Source: Gammaproteobacteria bacterium (lineage in GTDB: Bacteria > Pseudomonadota > Gammaproteobacteria > Natronospirales > REEB76). From it: 49,606 nt of DNA. The translations under genes were made by a program, and so were the position numbers. The notes under the pieces are model-generated. The model made no database searches and had not been told where the DNA came from. It saw nothing but the letters and a program-made list of their open reading frames with translations. The DNA lies in contig JBOIAZ010000038.1 of NCBI GenBank assembly GCA_050739175.1, positions 1 through 49,606 on the forward strand. The letters run 5' to 3'. Within the stretch, counting starts at the first letter, position 1. Each line of letters begins with the position of its first letter. Shown here piece after piece: positions 38,151 through 46,295 of the stretch.

Positions 38151-40196
38151 ATGCGACTGTCTTGTTACCTGCTCCTGGCCACGCTGTGTGCCACCCCACT
38201 CACCGGCTTCGGCGCGGATGCGCCGGCGGCCGCGACCACGGCAGTCGAGGCTCAGGCACTGCATCTCGACTGGCTCGACCGCAGTGTCAGCCCATCCCGG
38301 AACTTCTACCAGTTTGCCAATGGCGACTGGATGAAGAACAACCCGATACCGGCGGCGTTCGCGCAGTGGGGCCAGTTCGGCATCGTGTCGCAACACAACA
38401 AGGAATCGATCCACACGCTGCTCGAGGATGCCGCCAAGAATACCCAGGCGCAACCGGGCAGCAATGAGCAGAAAATCGGTAACTTCTACGCCAGCGGCAT
38501 GGACGAAGCCGCGATCAACAAGGCCGGCATCACGCCGCTGCAAGCGGAACTCGACCGCATTGACGCCATCCAGGACCAGAAACAGCTGCAGGCGGAAATC
38601 GCCCACCTGCAGATGATCGGGGTAAACGCCCTGTTCGGCTTTGGCCAGATGCAGGATCTCCGGAATTCGAGCCAGGTGATCGGTGTGGCCGGCCAGGGCG
38701 GCCTCGGCCTCCCCGACCGCGACTATTACCTCAGTCAGAATCCGAACTTCGTCAAGATCCGCCAGGCTTACGTGAGCCACGTCGCCAACATGTTCCTGTT
38801 GCTGGGCGAGCCGATGTACAGCGCCTCGCGCGATGCCAGCACCGTGATGGACATCGAAACGCGCCTCGCAAAGGCTTCGATGTCGCAGGTACAGCAGCGC
38901 GATCCACGCGCGGTTTACCACATCATGACTCTGAAGAAGCTCGATAAGGAAACGCCCGGCTTCAACTGGCAGAACTATTTCGCCAACGTCGGGCATCCCG
39001 AACTGAAGAGCATCAACCTGGCCATGCCGCTGTTCTTCAAGGCCATGGGCCGGGACCTGCAGCACACCCCGATTGCCGACTGGAAAGTGTACCTGCGCTG
39101 GCAACTGGTGGACGCGTTCGCGCCCTACCTGTCCCAGCCGTTCGTGGACGAAAACTTCAAGATGCACGCCACGCTCACCGGCGCCAAGGAACTGCTGCCG
39201 CGCTGGCAGCGCGTGGTGAATGCCGAGGACGATGCCCTGGGCTTCGCCGTCGGCAAGATCTACGTGGCCAAGATGTTCCCGCCATCCTCCAAGGCGGACG
39301 CGCTTGCGATCCTGCACGGCGTGCGCGCGGCCCTCAAGGATGATCTGCAGACCGTTCCCTGGATGGGCAAGAAAACCCGGCTTGCAGCCATCAAGAAGCT
39401 CGACATGATGGGCGAGCGCATCGGCTATCCCGATAAATGGCGCGACTACTCGGCCCTGCAGATTAACCGCGGCCCCTACGTGCTGAATGTGCTGCGCGCC
39501 GACCTGTTCGCGAATGAGCGCGAACTCAACAAGATCGGCAAGCCCGTGGACCGCAACGAGTGGTACATGACCCCGCAGACAGTCAACGCCTACTACGATC
39601 CGTCCATGAACAACATCAACTTCCCGGCGGGCATCCTGCAGCCGCCGTTCTTCGATCCAAATGCGCCCATGGCGGTGAACTACGGAGCCATCGGCGCGGT
39701 CATGGGCCACGAGATGACCCACGGCTTCGACGACCAGGGCAGCAAGTTCGACGGCCGCGGCAACCTCAAAAACTGGTGGAGCCTCGAGGATCGCCACCGC
39801 TTCAATGAAAACGTGAAGTGCATCGCCACCCAGTATTCGCGTTACACCGTGGACGGCGACGTGCACGTGCAGGGCAAACTGGTGACCGGCGAGGCCATTG
39901 CCGATCTCGGCGGCCTGAAGCTCGCGTGGATCGCGTTCCACAATTCGCCGTACTACAAGGACGCGCCCACCATCGACGGCTTCACGCCGGACCAGCAGTT
40001 TTTCCTGGGTTTTGCGCACTTCTGGGCGAACAACACGCGGTCCGAAGAAGCGCGCCGGCGCGTCACCGTCGATCCGCATGCGCCCGCGCTCTACCGCGTG
40101 AACGGCACGCTTGCCAACCTGCCGCAGTTCCAGCAGAGCTTCGACGTGCCGGCCGGCAGCCCGATGGCGAACAAGCAACGTTGCGTGATCTGGTAG
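38151..40196 (+). CDS. Secreted M13 family metalloendopeptidase (PepO / neprilysin-like)
   Basis: Start at ATG 38151 behind a GGAGG SD (MRLSCYLLLATLCATPLTGFGA signal). NAYY, VMGHEMTHGFDD (HExxH) and GEAIADLGG (ExxxD) motifs. Confidence 0.9.
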   Translation: MRLSCYLLLATLCATPLTGFGADAPAAATTAVEAQALHLDWLDRSVSPSRNFYQFANGDWMKNNPIPAAFAQWGQFGIVSQHNKESIHTLLEDAAKNTQAQPGSNEQKIGNFYASGMDEAAINKAGITPLQAELDRIDAIQDQKQLQAEIAHLQMIGVNALFGFGQMQDLRNSSQVIGVAGQGGLGLPDRDYYLSQNPNFVKIRQAYVSHVANMFLLLGEPMYSASRDASTVMDIETRLAKASMSQVQQRDPRAVYHIMTLKKLDKETPGFNWQNYFANVGHPELKSINLAMPLFFKAMGRDLQHTPIADWKVYLRWQLVDAFAPYLSQPFVDENFKMHATLTGAKELLPRWQRVVNAEDDALGFAVGKIYVAKMFPPSSKADALAILHGVRAALKDDLQTVPWMGKKTRLAAIKKLDMMGERIGYPDKWRDYSALQINRGPYVLNVLRADLFANERELNKIGKPVDRNEWYMTPQTVNAYYDPSMNNINFPAGILQPPFFDPNAPMAVNYGAIGAVMGHEMTHGFDDQGSKFDGRGNLKNWWSLEDRHRFNENVKCIATQYSRYTVDGDVHVQGKLVTGEAIADLGGLKLAWIAFHNSPYYKDAPTIDGFTPDQQFFLGFAHFWANNTRSEEARRRVTVDPHAPALYRVNGTLANLPQFQQSFDVPAGSPMANKQRCVIW

Positions 40197-40222
40197 CCCG
40201 GCGCGCTCTGACGCGCCAGACG

Positions 40223-40254
40223 ATGCGGCGGGCCTGGGCCCGCCGCATTTTTTT
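40223..40254 (+). terminator. Rho-independent terminator after the M13 peptidase gene
   Basis: ATGCGGCGGGCC-tg-GGCCCGCCGCAT followed by TTTTTTT. Confidence 0.8.
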
Positions 40255-40319
40255 ATAGTTCACCCGGTGTCATGCGCGCCGTGCGACCGATGCCTGCGCG
40301 GCGCAAATCGCGGCACGCG

Positions 40320-40637
40320 TTACTGGATTTTCAACGCGCTCAGGTATGCCGCCAGGTTCGCGATATCGGTATCCGTCAAGCCCTTGGCCATCGGGCTCAT
40401 GATGGGATTGACGCGCGTGCCGTCGCGGAAAGCCTTGAGCTGGGTGATGAGGTATTGATCCTTCTGGCCGGCCAGATTGGGATAAATCGGCGCGATGGAA
40501 ATGCCGTTTTGCCCGTGGCAGGCGATGCAGGTTCCGCTGTAGAGCTTCTGACCCGCCGCGGGATCCGCGGCCTGGGCCGCGGGTAATGCAGAGCCCAGCA
40601 ATGCCGCCAGTCCCAGCAACGCACACAGTTTTTTCAT
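40320..40637 (-). CDS. Monohaem class I c-type cytochrome (periplasmic)
   Basis: Start at ATG 40637 behind an AGGAGG SD. Signal peptide MKKLCALLGLAALLGSALPAAQA, CIACH haem-binding motif, distal Met region (NPIMSPMA). Confidence 0.85.
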   Translation of the reverse strand: MKKLCALLGLAALLGSALPAAQAADPAAGQKLYSGTCIACHGQNGISIAPIYPNLAGQKDQYLITQLKAFRDGTRVNPIMSPMAKGLTDTDIANLAAYLSALKIQ

Positions 40638-40688
40638 GACCGAATCCTCCTTCGCAACCACCAAATGTTCGTAACCGTCAAACGCATG

Positions 40689-41024
40689 TCATTCCGCGGC
40701 GGCATGCGACTCGGGCCGATACAGTACCGCCCACAGCGCCACCACCGGTACGAGAATGCCGACCCAGAAGCCGCCCCAGAAGGTGAGATTCGGCAAAGTC
40801 GGCAGCGGCAGCAGCGCCAGGATCGCCAGCAACACCGCGAGCACGATGTTCACGCTGCTGAACCACTTGCGCGGATCGCTGCGCCGTGCCCAGAGCGCCA
40901 TCAGGAACATCACCGCGGCGAAAACCAGCAATGGCAGGTACCGGCGCTCTACCCAGGTGATGTCCAGCACCGTGAGGCCCACCAATGCCAGGCCCACCAG
41001 CGTGTTGATAATGTTCGGAATCAT
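40689..41024 (-). CDS. Small polytopic membrane protein (111 aa, about 4 TM), function unknown
   Basis: ATG 41024 overlaps the stop of the preceding 99-aa ORF (ATGA). Strongly hydrophobic helical segments. The longer ORF 40689..41504 in the track is read-through in this frame. Confidence 0.55.
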   Translation of the reverse strand: MIPNIINTLVGLALVGLTVLDITWVERRYLPLLVFAAVMFLMALWARRSDPRKWFSSVNIVLAVLLAILALLPLPTLPNLTFWGGFWVGILVPVVALWAVLYRPESHAAAE

Positions 41025-41320
41025 GAGGCATGCCCCTCCGCAGCGTGCAGTTTTATGAGAAACCGCCAAGTCAGCGGCGGCACGATCGCATACACCAGCG
41101 CGCTCACCAGTATCAGCAGCTTCCAGCCCGGGGTGAGCGGCGTGGTCAGGATGATCGCACCCGCGAGCGCCGCCGCGATCAGATAGCAGACGCGCGCGCA
41201 GCTCAGCATCCCGCGCCGCGGCCACAGTTTGTTGAGCGCGTAGAGCCCGCCATAGGCGCCGGCAGCAATCAGCATGCTGCCCATGAGCAGCGTGGTATAG
41301 ATCAGCGCAAACGGCGTCAT
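41021..41320 (-). CDS. Small polytopic membrane protein (99 aa, about 3 TM), function unknown
   Basis: ATG 41320 overlaps the norB stop (ATGA). Three hydrophobic segments. Confidence 0.55.
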   Translation of the reverse strand: MTPFALIYTTLLMGSMLIAAGAYGGLYALNKLWPRRGMLSCARVCYLIAAALAGAIILTTPLTPGWKLLILVSALVYAIVPPLTWRFLIKLHAAEGHAS

Positions 41321-42711
41321 GCCGGCTCCGGCGGCGCCACGACCTTGGGCACACGCTTGTTAGCCGTGACCAGGTCATAGACCAAGACCACATAGCCGGC
41401 CGCAAACACCACGCCGAAGCCCATGCGCGCCCACATGCCGGACGTGAACCACGGGTTTTCCGAAGCGGTGGTGAAGGCCATGAGCGTGGAGCCGCCGATG
41501 GCACGACCGTAGAACGCCTGAGCCATGCCGGCCAGGAGTAAGGCCATGACCATGCCGATCATGCCGAAATTCAGCAGGCCGAAACCCCACTTCCACATGT
41601 GCCCGCTCAGATGCTCCGTGTCCGCAAGCTTCTGCTTGGCCAGATAGAAGACCGCGAGCGCGCCGCAGCCATAGGCGCCCCAGAAGGCGAAATGGCCGTG
41701 TGAAACCGTCCACTGGGTCCCGTGGGAAAACAGGTTGATTTGCGGCAGCGTCATCATGAAGCCCCACACGCCCGCACCCAGGAAGTTGCCGAAGGCTTCG
41801 GCGGTGATCCAGTAAAACGCCGGCTGGTTGTTGGTCTTCAGATGGTGACTGCCCGCGTCGTAGATGGCGTGGATCACCATGCCGAGCAGCGGCAACGGCT
41901 CGAGCGCCGAGAAAAATCCGCCGATGCTCAGCCAGTATTGCGGCGTGCCGATCCAGAAGTAATGATGGCCCAGCCCCAGGATGCCGGCACCCAGCACCAG
42001 CATCACCTCGATGTACAGCCAGGTCTCCACGATGCGCCGCGAGGTGCCCGCCACTTCCATGAGCGTCCAGGCCATGATGCAGCCGATCAACACCTCCCAG
42101 GTGCTCTCCACCCACATGTGTACCAGCCACCACCACCAGTAGAGATCCAGCGACATATTGGTGCTGGCGGGAAAGGCATCCAGATACACGAGGCACAGCG
42201 GAATCAGGTCCAGGCACAGCACCCAGAGGATGCCCGTCATCTTGCGCGACTTGATGCAGGTGGCAATCACGTTGTAGGCAAACACCACCAGCACCACGAG
42301 GATGCCGATGGCCGCCCAGCGCGGTGCCTCCACGTATTTGCGTCCCTGGTTGATGAACCACAGGCTGAACTCGTCGCTGGTGCCGTACTGCACGAACAGG
42401 AACACCAGGGAGACGATCGCCACCGCCGCGCAGAACACCCAGAACAGCACTTCCGCGAGCCAGATGCCGTGCACCTCACGGCCCAGTTCCTTCGGCAGGA
42501 ACCAGTACACCGAGCCGATCAGCGCCATCAACAGCCAGATCACCAGCGTATCGATGTGGAAAATTTTCGCCATGTTGAAATTGAAAACGTTGAACAGCAG
42601 CGAGGGATACAGGTAATACAACGCCGACAGCAAACCGAAGATGATCATCACGCCGAACAGGATTATGGCGGCGGCGAAGTAACGTAGCGCAAGTTTCTGC
42701 GAACGGTACAT
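41317..42711 (-). CDS. norB: Nitric oxide reductase large subunit, cNOR NorB-like haem-copper oxidase superfamily protein
   Basis: 464 aa, 12 TM. WWWWLVHMWVESTWE (His plus two Glu), GLGHHYFWIG, SALEPLP and SHGHFAFWG match the cNOR FeB/haem ligand blocks as I recall them from P. aeruginosa and Paracoccus NorB. Confidence 0.88.
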   Translation of the reverse strand: MYRSQKLALRYFAAAIILFGVMIIFGLLSALYYLYPSLLFNVFNFNMAKIFHIDTLVIWLLMALIGSVYWFLPKELGREVHGIWLAEVLFWVFCAAVAIVSLVFLFVQYGTSDEFSLWFINQGRKYVEAPRWAAIGILVVLVVFAYNVIATCIKSRKMTGILWVLCLDLIPLCLVYLDAFPASTNMSLDLYWWWWLVHMWVESTWEVLIGCIMAWTLMEVAGTSRRIVETWLYIEVMLVLGAGILGLGHHYFWIGTPQYWLSIGGFFSALEPLPLLGMVIHAIYDAGSHHLKTNNQPAFYWITAEAFGNFLGAGVWGFMMTLPQINLFSHGTQWTVSHGHFAFWGAYGCGALAVFYLAKQKLADTEHLSGHMWKWGFGLLNFGMIGMVMALLLAGMAQAFYGRAIGGSTLMAFTTASENPWFTSGMWARMGFGVVFAAGYVVLVYDLVTANKRVPKVVAPPEPA

Positions 42712-42721
42712 GAGTGTCTCC

Positions 42722-43318
42722 TTATTGCTTGATGCGTTGCATGCCGAAATTCGCCGGGAAGCCGTTGGTATCGATCGCCGACATCCACTTGAGGTATGCG
42801 ACTACCGACTGTGCCTCAATCTCGGTGAGGTGCAGGTTGGGCATCTCGCGCGTCCAGGTCGGATATTGGTCGGGGTGCATGAGGAACAGGACCATGGCGT
42901 CTTCGCGGGTTTTGGCGCCGGTCATCGGCATCCAGATCTGCTGCCAGGCGGGATCCAGCCAGGATTTGGTGAGGTCCGGACCGTAATAGGCGCCATTGCC
43001 GAAGAACGTGTGGCAGTCCATGCAGGCGCGGCTTTGAATCACCAGCTTGCCCTTGCGGATCAGGGCGTGCGCCTCGCTTTCGGTGTACACCTTGCCGAAC
43101 AACGGCTCAGACCCGCCGATCACAGGCACATCCGCGTGCCGGGTCCAGTCGTAGCTGTAGCCGATCTGCTGGTTAATGACGTCGTACTTGGGCACGTGCG
43201 CGCCACCCGCCGAGATCACCTGATTGCTGTTGATTGAAAGCAGGATAAGCACAACCACCATCACCAGCGTGGTGCTGATCGCGCCGGCACGCCAAAAACC
43301 CGGCTCCTGAATGTCCAC
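42722..43318 (-). CDS. norC: Nitric oxide reductase cytochrome c subunit NorC-like (about 45-aa insertion after the TM anchor)
   Basis: GTG start behind a GGGGAGG SD. N-terminal TM, CMDCH haem c motif, GNGAYYGPDL and REMPNL blocks paralleling NorC. Sits 10 nt upstream of norB. Confidence 0.83.
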   Translation of the reverse strand: MDIQEPGFWRAGAISTTLVMVVVLILLSINSNQVISAGGAHVPKYDVINQQIGYSYDWTRHADVPVIGGSEPLFGKVYTESEAHALIRKGKLVIQSRACMDCHTFFGNGAYYGPDLTKSWLDPAWQQIWMPMTGAKTREDAMVLFLMHPDQYPTWTREMPNLHLTEIEAQSVVAYLKWMSAIDTNGFPANFGMQRIKQ

Positions 43319-43376
43319 GGCATGCCTCCCCAGTAAGCTGACGGCAGCATCATGGCCAGCTGCTCATCCGCGGACC

Positions 43377-43390
43377 TTGATCTAGGTCAA
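43377..43390 (-). promoter_or_regulatory. FNR/Dnr/NNR-type box upstream of norC
   Basis: TTGAT-ctag-GTCAA (9/10 to TTGAT-N4-ATCAA), centred 65 nt upstream of the norC GTG. CATGAT -10 candidate at 43354-43349, consistent with a -41.5 class II arrangement. The box overlaps the stop of the upstream monooxygenase gene. Confidence 0.55.
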
Positions 43391-44631
43391 CAAATCCGCA
43401 TCTGCCGGCTTGCCCGTCTCGCCCAGTGGAATGGCGGCTTGGGCATCGCCAAATCTTGGCGATCATCCGTGAGTCTCGCGACGACCGCACGCCGGAACGG
43501 CGGCAGCCGGGCGCCCGCCCCGAGCACGAGCTTGCGCAACACCCACGCTGGCCCGTGGTCGTCGGTATACATACTCGCCAACATCTGGGTGAGCAGGTAG
43601 AGCGGCCGCGTGGCGCACCGGTGGATGCGTTCGTAACGCTCGAGCGCCTCGGCACCCCAGAAGGGGCAGCCCGAGGCCTGCGCAGCGCGCAGTTCACGCG
43701 CAAGTGTCATCACGCCCAGCAGACCAAAATTAAAACCATGCGCGGTCACCGGATGCATGCCGACGGCGGCATCCCCGATGAGCGCGAAGCACTGGCCCAC
43801 GAAACAGTCGGCATACACGCCGACCAGCGGATACGCGCAGCGCGGTCCCGCTACTTGCATCGCACCGAGACGATTTTGAAAACGCTCCGCGAGCGCTGCG
43901 GCGAACGCGCTGTCGTCGAGCGCGAGCAGCGCCTGCATCTGCGGAGGCGCAAGCGTCACAACCACCGACGAGGTGTGCGCGTCGTACAGCGGCAGCAGCG
44001 CGAGTGTCTGGCCATAGCCGAACCATTCCCAGGCCACCTGCTCATGCGGCGCCTCGTGGCGTATGCGCACCACCAGCATCACCTTGCCGAAATCGTGCTT
44101 GCTCGCCGCGATGCCCATGCTGCGGCGCATCTGCGAATGCCGGGTGTCCGCGGCCACCGCCAGCCCGGCCTGCAAGAGGTCGCCATTATCCAGAACCACC
44201 TCAGCGCCCTGAGCGTGGGTATGCACCGCGGTGGCACGCACCCCGGAAATGAGCTGCACATCGGCCAAACGGGAGGCTTCAGCGTAAGCGGCACGCCGGA
44301 TGGCGTAATTCGAGATCAGCCAGCCCAACTGCGGTTTGCCGGATTCCTCATGGCGGAACATCAGGCTGTGGCGACCATCGCCGTCCATGACCTTGGCATC
44401 GCGCAGCGTGCTGATCTCCTGCGTGTGCAGCCGCGCCCACAAGCCCAGCTCGTGCATGCTGCGCTGCGTGGCATGGGTGATGGCGATCTCCCGGCCGTCG
44501 TCGGGCGGCTCCGCGAGCAGCGCCTCGGATTGCCGCTCTACCAAGACGATGCGCAGACCGCTGCCGGCGAGCGTACGCGCAAAACACAAACCGGCCGGTC
44601 CTGCGCCGATGACTACGATATCCAAGGCCAT
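43387..44631 (-). CDS. FAD-dependent monooxygenase of the UbiH/UbiF/VisC/COQ6 family
   Basis: Start at ATG 44631 (MALDIVVIGAGPAGLCFA, GxGxxG). DG motif (DDGREIA), and GDAAVGMHPVTAHGFNFG (the GD...HP...G.N motif of ubiquinone hydroxylases). Confidence 0.87.
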   Translation of the reverse strand: MALDIVVIGAGPAGLCFARTLAGSGLRIVLVERQSEALLAEPPDDGREIAITHATQRSMHELGLWARLHTQEISTLRDAKVMDGDGRHSLMFRHEESGKPQLGWLISNYAIRRAAYAEASRLADVQLISGVRATAVHTHAQGAEVVLDNGDLLQAGLAVAADTRHSQMRRSMGIAASKHDFGKVMLVVRIRHEAPHEQVAWEWFGYGQTLALLPLYDAHTSSVVVTLAPPQMQALLALDDSAFAAALAERFQNRLGAMQVAGPRCAYPLVGVYADCFVGQCFALIGDAAVGMHPVTAHGFNFGLLGVMTLARELRAAQASGCPFWGAEALERYERIHRCATRPLYLLTQMLASMYTDDHGPAWVLRKLVLGAGARLPPFRRAVVARLTDDRQDLAMPKPPFHWARRASRQMRIC

Positions 44632-44706
44632 ATGCCTGTCCTGCAGTGAGTGCAACGCGCACGCCACGCGTTGTGCCGATGGGCAGACGTACGCGAATTT
44701 CCAGCG

Positions 44707-45336
44707 CTAGCGCGCGGGCCCGGCAGGCGGTTTTACCGCCGTTTGCAGCCTGAGTTTCAGATACTCACCGACCAGCAATGCCGCCGGGTAGGTCACCTGC
44801 TCCTCGGTTAGCGCGTGGTGCATCAACTGTTGCGCGAAGCGTTCCGCCGCGGGTTTATCTTCTGCTTTGGCTGCCGCTTCCAGGCGCACCAATGTGGCCT
44901 GAATTTTCCTGTGCTCCGCCAGCATCTCCGGCAGGTTGCGCCGGAGTTCCTCGGTGATCGGCAGCACCGCCGACATTTGCGCAGTCACCTGGCCCTGCGC
45001 GAGCTCCGGCAGCAAACCGAGCGCCGGCAACGCGTAGCGCTCTTCCTTGGCGAAATGCGGATATAGAACCTTGGCAACGGCTTGCGCGGCTTCCCCTGTC
45101 TTGCCGCCCGCATGCATCGCCGCCGTCAATTCAGCCGGCAGTTCCGCGTGCTCCTCAGTGACTGATTCCGGGATCGGGAATTTGATCGGCGCCTGCTCGA
45201 TCGTAGCCGGGGTAACCGCCGGGTTTGCGAAGGCCGGAACGGAAAAACCGCCAACGCCCAACGCCACCGCTCCCAACGACAGCCCGAGACTGACTATCGA
45301 AGCAGGGCGCGCCCTGCGAAGATTGCAAAATTTCAT
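44707..45336 (-). CDS. Exported hemerythrin-like (HHE cation-binding) domain protein
   Basis: 209 aa. N-terminal signal MKFCNLRRARPASIVSLGLSLGAVALGVGGFSVPAFA. Two H-x3-E-E-x3-x-[YL]-P repeats (HFAKEERYALPAL, HALTEEQVTYPAAL) plus EEHAEL and LAEHRK histidines. Confidence 0.68.
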   Translation of the reverse strand: MKFCNLRRARPASIVSLGLSLGAVALGVGGFSVPAFANPAVTPATIEQAPIKFPIPESVTEEHAELPAELTAAMHAGGKTGEAAQAVAKVLYPHFAKEERYALPALGLLPELAQGQVTAQMSAVLPITEELRRNLPEMLAEHRKIQATLVRLEAAAKAEDKPAAERFAQQLMHHALTEEQVTYPAALLVGEYLKLRLQTAVKPPAGPAR

Positions 45337-45409
45337 GATCGCCTTCTTGGTGGAAAAAATTAAATTGATCTCCGGCCGGCTTGATCCGACCCGTTGGAAA
45401 AATCAGGCC

Positions 45410-46012
45410 TTATTCGAGGAACAACATCTTTTTCCACACGTGCTGGCCGCGGAAGCTGTGTACCAGGGTGCCTCCCACGTGCAGGATCAGATAGGCCGGC
45501 ACCAGGATGTCGCCGATCTCGTGCAGTTCCTTGACTTCGTGCGCCCAGCCCGTGAGCCGCTCGCCCGGCGTAATCGTGAAGGCATTGATCAGGCCGGTGA
45601 GACCCAGCCACAGAAACACCAGCAACCCCAACGCCTGGACCAGACCCGACAGGCCCTCGCGGGTATGGCGCACGGGCACCCGCAAGTGCAGCAGTGTGCC
45701 CAGATCCTCGAGCACCAGCTTGAAACGCGCCCAGGTCCACGGCACCCAGTTCACGAAGCGTGCGTTGGCCGGTCCCACGATGCCCCAGAGAATCCGTGCC
45801 AGCAGAAATGCCGTGAATATGATGCCCACCCACATGTGCTGGGTGTACCAGAAGTGATCGGCGCGCTTGTAATCGCCGGCGCCCTCGCCAATCCAGCCCG
45901 AGCCGATCAACCACGCCCAGACGCCGAATACCGCCAAGCCGAAATGCAGAAAAACGCTGACCCGGTCCAGGGGCCGTGCCGGGCCCGGTACCGTGTTTGC
46001 TACCGTTGCCAT
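45410..46012 (-). CDS. Prokaryotic cytochrome b561 family membrane protein
   Basis: Start taken at ATG 46012 (MATVANT...) behind a GGAGGA SD; the track ORF begins at GTG 46033. Four TM segments with conserved His positions (FLHFG, YTQHMW, ELHEIG, ILHVGG). Confidence 0.78.
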   Translation of the reverse strand: MATVANTVPGPARPLDRVSVFLHFGLAVFGVWAWLIGSGWIGEGAGDYKRADHFWYTQHMWVGIIFTAFLLARILWGIVGPANARFVNWVPWTWARFKLVLEDLGTLLHLRVPVRHTREGLSGLVQALGLLVFLWLGLTGLINAFTITPGERLTGWAHEVKELHEIGDILVPAYLILHVGGTLVHSFRGQHVWKKMLFLE

Positions 46013-46089
46013 GACCGTCCTCCAGGTGCTCACAGTGAAACGGCTTCACTGCATGGGGGCGAGTATCCGCGAATTCACCACTAAACACC

Positions 46090-46103
46090 GTGACTCAGAT
46101 CAA
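46090..46103. promoter_or_regulatory. Weaker FNR/Dnr-like box in the cyt b561 / ATPase divergent region
   Basis: GTGAC-tcag-ATCAA (8/10), centred 84 nt upstream of the b561 ATG. GATACT -10 candidate at 46067-46062 on the minus strand, at class II spacing. Confidence 0.35.
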
Positions 46104-46295
46104 CCGGCGGCAATTCTCTGCGCTGCCGGAGTGCAGATTCACCGCCACCACCGCGCGCATTGCGAATCACATGCATTCCGTTTCATCCCCCACAGGGGGA
46201 CCAGTGCGCGCTTACCAACAAAGGTGGGACTGCCGGATAATCACGCACACTGCAGGCAGTATCATCCACAGGCAGACGTTGCCGAGATCTCGAGC

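Noticed and set aside
38049-40178. A 709-codon ORF antisense to the M13 peptidase gene. Similar very long antisense ORFs include 17826..19757, 26029..27549, 7341..8990, 543..1589, 23541..24563, 24856..25878 and 21728..23230.
   Set aside because: They mirror well-supported genes on the other strand. Their translations are Arg/Ala/Gly/His-rich low-complexity sequence with no recognisable motifs. In roughly 65% GC DNA, stop-free antisense frames are expected. I found no SD or start context to support them.
32590-40260. A possible genomic island integrated at tRNA-Pro (2OG oxygenase, MarR, ClC, two peptidases).
   Set aside because: No integrase, transposase or phage genes are present. No obvious compositional shift is visible by eye. 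The only repeat of the tRNA 3' end lies 136 bp away (32710), not at a distal island border.
45361-45395. TTGATC...TTGATC direct repeat around CCGGCCGG between the cyt b561 and hemerythrin-like genes, considered as an FNR site or terminator.
   Set aside because: It is not an inverted repeat of the TTGAT-N4-ATCAA type. The potential stem is only the self-complementary CCGGCCGG, and no convincing T-run follows it.
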